The notes under the pieces were generated by a model. It had not been told where the DNA came from, ran no database searches, and was given only the letters and a program-made list of their open reading frames with translations. DNA of 62,881 nucleotides, the filler included, from Nemertoderma westbladi (lineage: Eukaryota > Animalia > Xenacoelomorpha): the NCBI GenBank assembly GCA_032718475.1. It is 3 parts of 3 records of this genome, joined end to end, with 100 filler letters (N's around TTAATTAATTAA, not from the genome) between each part and the next. Parts side by side here need not be neighbours in the genome. Positions count along the whole stretch, not along the records: positions 49,598 to 62,881 come from JAUCBJ010004448.1; 2 more parts are not named here. One strand, given 5' to 3'. The stretch's first letter is position 1. Each line of letters begins with the position of its first letter. This document shows, piece after piece, positions 54,579 to 62,881 of the stretch. A program made the translations under genes and the position numbers.

Positions 54579-55838
54579 ACTTAGATCCTAACTAGGTGAA
54601 CTTAATCCTAGCTCGGTGAACTTAGATCCTATCTGGGTGAACTTAGATCCCAACTAGGTGAACTTAGATCCTAACTCGGTGAACTTAGATCCTAACTAGG
54701 TGAACTTAGATCCTAACTAGGTGAACTTAATCCTAACTCGGTGAACTTAGATCCTAACTAGGTGAACCTAGATCCTATCTGGGTGAACTTAGATCCCAAC
54801 TAGATGAACTTAGATCCTAACTAGGTGAACTTAGATCCTAACTAGGTGAACTTAGATCCTAACTCGGTGAACTTAGATCCTAACTAGGTGAACTTAGATC
54901 CCAACTAGGTAAACTTAGATCCTAACTAGGTAAACTTAATCAACTAGCTGAACTTAGATCCTAACTGGGTGAACTTACTCCTAACTAGGTGAACTTAGAT
55001 CCCAACTAGGTGAACTTAGATCCTAACTAGGTGAAATTAGATCCTAACTAGGTGAACTTAGATCCTAACTAGGTGAACTTAGATCCTATCTGGGTGAACT
55101 TAGATCCCAACTAGGTGAACTTAGATCCTAACGAGGTGAACTTAGATCCTAACTAGGTGAACTTAATCCTAACTCGGTGAACTTAGATCCTAACTAGGTG
55201 AACCTAGATCCTATCTGGGTGAACTTAGATCCCAACTAGGTGAACTTAGATCCTAACGAGGTGAACTTAGATCCTAACTAGGTGAACTTAGATCCTAACT
55301 AGGTGAACTTAGATCCTATCTGGGTGAACTTAGATCCCAACTAGGTGAACTTAGATCCTAACGAGGTGAACTTAGATCCTCACTAGGTGAAATTAGATCC
55401 TAACTAGGTGAACTTAGATCCTAACTAGGTGAACTTAGATCCTAATTCGGTGAACTTAGATCCTAACTAGGTGAACTTAGATCCTAACTCGGTGAACTTA
55501 GATCCTAACTGGGTGAACTTACTCCTAACTAGGTGAACTTAGATCCCAACTAGGTGAACTTAGATCCTAACTAGGTGAAATTAGATCCTAACTAGGTGAA
55601 CTTAGATCCTAACTAGGTGAACTTAGATCCCAACTAGGTGAACTTAGATCCTAACAAGGTGAAATGAGATCCTAACTAGGTGAACTTAGATCCTAACTAG
55701 GTGAACTTAGATCCTATCTGGGTAAACTTAGATCCCAACTAGGTGAACTTAGATCCTAACGAGGTGAACTTAGATCCTAACTAGGTGAACTTAGATCCTA
55801 ACTAGGTGAACTTAGATCCTAACTAGGTGAACTTAGAA
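54578..55838. repeat. 21-bp satellite GAACTTAGATCCTAACTAGGT (also 52354-52470)
   Basis: Directly visible. Confidence 0.95.
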
Positions 55839-56127
55839 CCCACTTTATTATATTATTATTTTATTTAATTGCGCCTCGGGAATGGCTAAACCGGTAAAAA
55901 CATACGTGGTAAATAATAAAAATATAATTAATTGATAAAATAAAAAAAAGAGTTAAGAAAGAAAAATCGCGTTTAGCTGTTAAACTCGGCCCAATATGTC
56001 AGTGACTTAGCGTTTAGTTTGCACTATAATAGGTGGTAGAGTGCGGCTGGCTCTCCACAGAGCAGACATATACAACTTGTCGTTTTATTATATTAAAAGC
56101 CCTGGGTAATCATCATGCTAGTCGCGA

Positions 56128-56638
56128 AGCGAACTTAGATCCAACGTTAAAAGTAAAGCGAACAATTAGATCCCACGTTAAAAGTAAAGCGAACAATTAG
56201 ATCCCACGTTAAAAGTAAAGTGAACAATTAGATTCCACGTTAAAAGTAAAGCGAACAATTAGATCCCACGTTAAAAGTAAAGCGAACAATTAGATCCAAC
56301 GTTAAAAGTAAAGCGAACTTAGATCCCACGTTAAAAGTAAAGCGAACAATTAGATCCCACGTTAAAAGTAAAGCGAACAATTAGATCCCACGTTAAAAGT
56401 AAAGTGAACAATTAGATCCCACGTTAAAAGTAAAGCGAACAATTAAATCCGCATTTAAAAGTAAAGCGAACAATTAGATCCAACGTTAAAAGTAAAGCGA
56501 ACTTAGATCCCACGTTAAAAGTAAAGCGAACAATTAGATCCCACGTTAAAAGTAAAGCGAACAATTAGATCCCACGTTAAAAGTAAAGCGAACAATTAGA
56601 TCCGCATTTAAAAGTAAAGCGAACAATTAGATCCGCAT
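56128..56638. repeat. 31/29-bp tandem repeat AAAGCGAAC(AA)TTAGATCCCACGTTAAAAGT
   Basis: Directly visible; shares the GAAC-TTAGATCC core with the 21-bp satellite. Confidence 0.95.
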
Positions 56639-57834
56639 TGAGAGCATTTAACTGGCAATCAAATTTTAACAGGTTTTGATTATGACATTATTATTAGAAT
56701 TTACCACAACTTTAACAAATTAATGTTCTAGTTATATCACAAACGAATAATAGCGAATAATTTCAGCGTAATAGCATAATAGCAGCTTTTGATTATGACA
56801 ACTGCGGGCCGAGACTAACAAGGCAACTTTGGACCAGTTTTTCCTATGTTTAATATTTTACTACTTACTAAATAACTTTAATAATTCTAAATGTACCGTT
56901 AACAAAATATATTAGGCCCCTACTATTATTAGCAGTTACAAAATTAATCCTAGGAAAAACTGCCCCTAAAGTGGCGGCCACCAGTTACATAACACATCAT
57001 TGTCCTTTATAGTACGCCTTAAAAGTTTATAGTTATTATTATTATACTGAGAATGTGACAATTGATTTGTTAACTTATTATACAATATTACTGTAATAAA
57101 ATATATTCAAGTGTAGGGAAATAAAGTTTGATTTCGTTCATAAATTAATGTTAGTTAATGTGCATACAGTATATAGTACAGTTACTGTAGTTGGCAACAG
57201 CAGGGGTTCATTGATATCAACATATATATTATATTATTGATATACGTACAGTATCATCTATATTATTAACTCTATGTTTGTTCAACGCTTAGAATATCCT
57301 CTTCATTTTAAAGAAATGCTCCTGCTGTTCGTCCTAATTAAAAAGGTTAATTAGTACCGTAATACAATAATATACATTAGGGTTGGAGCGGTGATGGTGA
57401 TATTGTTATTAATTGTTGCTGTAACATTCGTTGTGTCCTTTTGTAAATAATAAGTCAATTATTAAATTAGAAAAATACAGTATATAATTATATTATTTAG
57501 TTTTAAATCTGATCATGGGCGGTTCAAACGATCTTGAAGAATATTCCAAGAAACCAATCTCCCGTTCTTGACAATTACTGTAGGCATATTAAGCATATAC
57601 AAAATACTAATGATCTACAAGTCATGCACTCTTTAAGTAGTTGGGATCAGTGACTCGCTTACAAACTATAATTTTCAAATTAATAGCTAATTTGTTGCAA
57701 TGCGTTGGTGGTAGGATCTAAGTTCGCTTCCCTTCAAGCGTGAAAACATTTACAGTAAGGCTGTAAGGTCTGCTGGCCTAAGGGAATGACATTTCACAAT
57801 AATAAAGCTACAGTACAGCAAAATATGTAAGGTG

Positions 57835-58020
57835 GGATCTAAGTTCTCATGTTGAGGATCTAAGTTCGCATGGGGGAGGATCTAAGTTCGTATTGGAAGG
57901 ATCTAAGTTCGTATTGGAAGGATCTAAGTTCGTATGGGAAGGATCTAAGTTCGTATGGGAAAGATCTAAGTTCACCCAAGATCTAAGTTCGTTCAGGATC
58001 TAAGGTGCTCTAGGATCTAA
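57835..58020. repeat. 21-bp repeats GGATCTAAGTTCGTATTGGAA (inverted GAACTTAGATCC core)
   Basis: Directly visible. Confidence 0.9.
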
Positions 58021-58235
58021 AGCCGGGGAACCCAGGCTACAGTTGTCTGGATGTATAGCGGAAAACAGACAGACAACAGGAAATGCAACATTGCAACAGC
58101 AATAGGCCTACAGTGTTTAGCCTACGGCCATGGCACATGGCCTGCTACGGCAATCCAGTTATTCCAGTTGGCAGTACAGTCTCCCAGTAGACGTTGATCA
58201 GTTTGCATCCGGACGTCTGGTCTCCGGTGTCCGGC

Positions 58236-58864
58236 TGTATGTCTGCCTTGCCTATCCATGCAGTTATGCATCGTGCAGCACAAATACTCTTTTGCCTTAT
58301 ATAGCATTTACACGAGGCTGTTGGTCGCCAACATTTACTCTGGTCACATAGTTGTTGATGTTGACCATTCGAAATCAACCTTGCAGCTAGCTGCTTGTTA
58401 GCTTATTCAATCCCGCCAACACCCCATAAAGTTATTAGCCGATAAGCAATATTGGGAGCCGCGAGATTGGGTAATTAACCAACTCGCGCCATCCCAATAA
58501 GAATGGGAAGGAAGCACACAATAGAGGGTCAGGGGCCAAACCCCTAACCCAAGGAGAACAGGTGGAGTTAACGGGAATACTCCACGGGGCGCCAACAAGG
58601 GTATTAACCAATCAGAGGGGGGAACGGCATCGATTGAGTAGCAGTAGGCCACCGTGCAATATAACCAATAACCTATTAATCAGTGATTCAGTTATCTCAA
58701 GTGCAGCAGTGCTAGCGTAGGGTACAGCCAATTAGTTTAGTTAGGGGATCACGGGACTTTAGTTACCGTATCCCGCCTTGTACACATTCACAATATCTAT
58801 ATCTTATAACTTCCTATTATACACCGAACTTCAGAACTCAGTCACTTTATTTCATCCTTATACA
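58236..58864. mobile_element. Solo LTR (629 bp), Gypsy-like
   Basis: TGTAT...ATACA termini with 4-bp TSD CGGC (58232-58235, 58865-58868). Confidence 0.65.
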
Positions 58865-59152
58865 CGGCGGGGACGCGTGGGGCCTCCCTAAAACCCGGGC
58901 CGGTCCCGGTCCCCGGTCCCGGTCCCCAAGACCCCTAAAACCCGGTCCGCCGGTCCCAATGATAGTCTACGGGGAATTTATTCAAAACTAGGACCGGGTA
59001 AAACCCGGTCCGTCCTGACCCCTAAAAGTCGGTCCATAAAAGCCGGTCCATGCTTGGATTGGCCAATGAAAAAATATTCCAGCCAATAAAACAAGGATAG
59101 TATGTAGTAATATTCCAGCCAATGAAACAAGGTTAAATAGTATTACTGCTGG

Positions 59153-59754
59153 CTACTACTACTAGGATCGGCATGCTGCATTGCAGCTGCATTTTTAAGA
59201 ATGCTGTGCCGGCTTGTCAACAAAATTGCACCGCCACAACTCCCTATCAGTCTATCACCCATGACATTTGCTAGATCATCCGCATCTTTAAGGCCAGTGT
59301 CCTTTAAGATGCGTCTCAAGAAAGTCATGGGCTGTCCACCATGCTTATATTCACTCCATGAGGCTGCCAAAGTACAAGATTATGCACTGGCTGGTCCTCA
59401 CGGCGAAAGCAATGTCCTGCAAAGCAGAGGCGATTTTGTTCTAGTGTCAAGCTTGGGGGAACCAATGAGACACCTCCAATGTTATATAGTGTCTGGTTGG
59501 AGATGTGTGCATTGTACTTGACACAATGAACCCGGCGTAGCATTCTTGTGAATGTGCCATCCAGAGATTTGGTGTCCTCAGCAGTTAGAGCCCAGCATGG
59601 ACTCCCGTAGAGGAGTACTGGAACTACTGCTGCTCTAAATAATCGGACCTTAAGTTTCCGATTAATTCTCGGTGACTTCCAAATCCCGGAAAGCCTATTC
59701 AAGGCTGCCCATGCCTTTCCCTTACGTATTCGAAGGTCCTCACCTGACTTCCGG
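59153..59754 (-). mobile_element. RTE-clade LINE 3' fragment with (TAG)n tail
   Basis: DLRIRKGKAWAALNRLSGIWKS...KVRLFRAAVVPVLLYGSPCWALT...LDGTFTRMLRR...RLCFAGHCFR; the reading continues across the insertion to about 60712 (SWIRKSGED). Confidence 0.85.
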
Positions 59755-60697
59755 TGTCACAAGGAAATCAGCCCCCCCTAGAATATGCCCCCCGGGGCAT
59801 TATTTCCTAGGATATTATGTCCCCCCGGGCAATTTTTCCTAGGAAATTTAGCCCGGGGGGGCATTTTCTCCTTAGGAAATAATGCCTCCCCTCAGGAAAA
59901 TTAGCCCCCCTCAAAAGTCTGAAAACTGGTACACGATACCGGTCTGCTGGTAGCCACTTTTAATCTACCAACTGCAGAACTTGTAATAGTTGGAAGAATA
60001 GTACGGTACCGGTCTGCCGGTAGGTAAGCAGGTAAGGCAGTAAGGGATGTAGAACAGCATACTGAAGTATCTAAGTCAGTAGGCTACTGTACAGCTGTAG
60101 TAAGTACTGGTATAACAGCAGTGCGAGTGTGTGGTGTTGTGTGGGCGCCGAGCAGCTCCAAGCTTTTTTAAGTCTGTAACCTCTGCTCCTTTCCCTGATT
60201 TGGTAAAGTGATTGTTTATTGTTTTGGTTAGAAAATCCCGCCTCTGTAACCTGCTCCTTTCTCTCAATTGGTAATGTTAGGCCTATCGTTTATTGTTTTG
60301 GTTAGAAAATCCCGTCTCTGTAACCTGCTCCTTTCCCTGATTTGCTAAAGTGACTGTTTATTGTTTTGGTTAGAAAATCCCGCCTTTGTAACCTGCTCCT
60401 TTCCCTCAATTAGTTAAATGATCGTTTATTGTTTTGGTTAAAGGCCTGCCTCTGTAACCTGCTCCTTTCCTTCATTTGGTAAAGTGACTGTCTGACTGTT
60501 TACCGGTATTGTTTTGTATAATTTTTGTAAGTTTTAGTAGTAGGTAATAAGTTTTGTTTATTGTATAATTCAGGGGGGGCATAATTTCCTAAGGGGGGGC
60601 ATTTTTTCCTAGGGAAATTTGCCCGGGGGGGCATTTTTTCCTAGGAAAATATGCCCCCCCGGGCACATTTCCCGGGGGGGCATATTTTCCTGTTACA
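59755..60697. mobile_element. Ginger-like non-autonomous DNA transposon (943 bp)
   Basis: TGT...ACA termini, long imperfect TIRs built of GCCCCCC/TTTCCTAGGAAA subrepeats, and TSD CCGG (59751-59754, 60698-60701). Removing it restores the host LINE frame. Confidence 0.75.
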
Positions 60698-61048
60698 CCG
60701 GATCCATGATCACTGCTGGCTGCTATACACAGATACAGCGGTGTTTTTTATTACAGGGATTATCTTTCTGTCTTTGTCTATATACAGTAGGCAGGTAGGC
60801 CTGCATCATATTCATCCGTGGGAATTATCACAGGGCATTATTTCCCACTTTATATATCTAGCATTGTAGTAGGCAGGCCCTACACTGTCTGACTGTATAC
60901 TATACAATACACAGTACAGTAGTACACTACGGTATAACAAAATGAAATTACCATTGATTACCGATGTGACATGGCCTTGGATGTGACCTCGGATTTTGTC
61001 ATCACCACCCCATCCCCCACCGGCATCGCTAACGCTACATTCACAGTA

Positions 61049-62062
61049 GGTTCTTTGGCCGTTAGGTCCTGCGTCTCTCGGTCTTTAGTTCCTGTGAGTT
61101 GTCCTTAGGTCCTGCATCATTAGGTCCTGAGGCTGAGACATTCTGACATTAGGTCCTGCGTCGTTAGGTCCTGGCATAATTCAGTAGATTTATACAGAAT
61201 ACTCCTTAAAGAGTCTGCAATCTCGTTTGTCAATTTCTAATCCCCCACCATATGACCTTGTCAGCTCCAATTTCATAAGAAACTGCTACAGCCTTAGCAC
61301 GATCACATTCGAAACCAAGCATAAAATGATACTAGACTATTTCAACATTATATAGCACTCTCAGCATTGCCGCGAATAGGGGTTCATAATATGTGGCTGC
61401 ATCCTCACCTGCACCTAGCTTGTCAAATTCTAATCCCTGACAATACGACCTCGTTATTTGACGTTTTAACTACAACTTTTAAAAAGTGTCAAGCTTGAAT
61501 CTGTTCATTTTATCTGATACTTACTGTTTATTTAATATTTTATCGAGTTTGTTAAGACCACCTTAAACAGTTAAATGGATCACCTGGGACATGGCGCGTC
61601 CTTCACTTGTAGACAATAATGCCTGTCTCACCATATTTTATTCATGGCCCTGATTTTTGTCGCCATTATTGCTACGTGAATAATATAATTACAAACTTAT
61701 ATGAGTGGCTTAGATAATTGCCCTTATATTTTACTATAAACAGAACCCACTACTAACTATTGGTGAAATTGTTTCTTGGTTCGACCATTTTAATATGAAA
61801 AAGCCTATGTATGTATATATAGTTTAACTGTGTCGTATTAGAACCTACTAATAATTATTGGTGAAATCGATCCTGTATATACTCTTCGTGTCACCATGTT
61901 GTTCAGTTTTTATTTGTGCCATAACTGTGAATATGGGTTTTACATAATTCAAATAATTATGATTAAAAGTGCCAGCCTGCCTGGTTTCTATGTTGAAATG
62001 AACAGTATGACACAAATAATGATACAGGACCTAAAGGTCAAAGGAACTAACGACGCAGAACC
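61049..62062. mobile_element. Degenerate TIR element with TTAGGTCCTG subterminal repeats
   Basis: GGTTCT...AGAACC ends; repeated ttaggtcctg at 61062-61174 and inverted caggacctaa near 62025; no TSD seen. Confidence 0.4.
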
Positions 62063-62881
62063 ACACCCCCCCCCCCCCCCCCCCCGTCGGGGCAATTATC
62101 ATTTCCTACAATACTATACGTTATTCATTGTGCCATTAAAATGTAGGCCACGCCCTGCGTCTGGAGATTGCTGGACAATCAATCAGAGTGCGCGCACCAG
62201 AGGTCTGGAACCATATGCCATCTTCTAAGCTAAGGTACATTATACGGAACGCAAAATCTGTAAAATTCATTTAAACACGACATAACTACAGTACTACGTA
62301 TACTGCTCATTGGCAGATCTTACGTACCGTACCCACACCACATAGCACATAGCTACTTACACGTGGGCAGTACATAATACAGAACAGATAGAGTATAGTA
62401 CTGTATAGATACAGAGATTGTGTCTTAGTTAGAACTTTTTTTGTATACTCTAAGTGTTTAACGAGTTACTGTTTTGTTAAATAGTTAACCTTACTCAACA
62501 GTAATGGGGTGGGTGCAAGCGCGACTCGTGTTTGCCATCATCTGTGGGGCGACTCACTGCCTGAGAGGGTCCCGTACCAAGTACCGCAGTGGGCTGGGGA
62601 TTGGGAACTGTGCGAGGCTGCCAATTTCTTTCGGAAGTTGATTTCAGTCTACTGCAATCAGTTCACCGCGATGTTCTGGAGGAAGCTGTTCCTTCGGCCG
62701 CTCGTATTAAGATCGCTCGTATACCGCAGGGTCGTTCACACTCAGCGGTGCACCGCTGGCCCTGCGGTACCGCGTCGTGTACCGTTCCGTTTGGATGTGA
62801 ACGGGCCTTGCTTGCCTTAAGGATCATGGAAAATTTCATAAAAATCGCTAGATGATCGAGGTGTAATTATAAGAAGTATAA

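Larger units (their letters stand above)
52343..58035. mobile_element. Putative large non-autonomous TIR element whose subterminal GAACTTAGATCC repeats expanded into satellites
   Basis: CTGGGT...ACCCAG termini flanked by a (G)GCTA(C) direct repeat. The motif is forward at 52354-56638 and inverted at 57715-58020. Confidence 0.55.

Overview
This is AT-rich, intron-containing animal genomic DNA, not prokaryotic, with two artificial 100-nt scaffold gaps. Genes: (i) three + strand exons of a DOCK9/10/11 (Zizimin, DOCK-D) Cdc42-GEF, covering the N-terminal region and half of the PH domain (880-2450); (ii) a complete, nearly intronless Neuron navigator/UNC-53/Sickie gene on the - strand (join 13487-12790, 12031-5716; about 2337 aa; CH domain, coiled coils, AAA ATPase), apparently nested antisense in the DOCK intron; (iii) an orphan two-exon MAP3K1/MEKK1 kinase C-terminal fragment missing its middle exon (38146-38649). 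The rest is repeats: several satellites, RTE and CR1/L2-group LINE fragments, a tRNA/RTE SINE, two solo LTRs, Kolobok-, Ginger- and piggyBac-like non-autonomous elements, Penelope-like inserts and a circularly permuted duplication. The most striking signal is a family of Helentron/HINE-like non-autonomous elements (20696-22256, 22380-22879, and a diverged inverted relative near 45500-46922). Each of their internal 145/147-bp repeats carries a co-oriented CTCF-type core (CCGCTAGAGGG), many preceded by the upstream TGCAGT module at the correct spacing, making them a candidate mobile insulator array. All family assignments come from motif recognition by eye; no searches were run.
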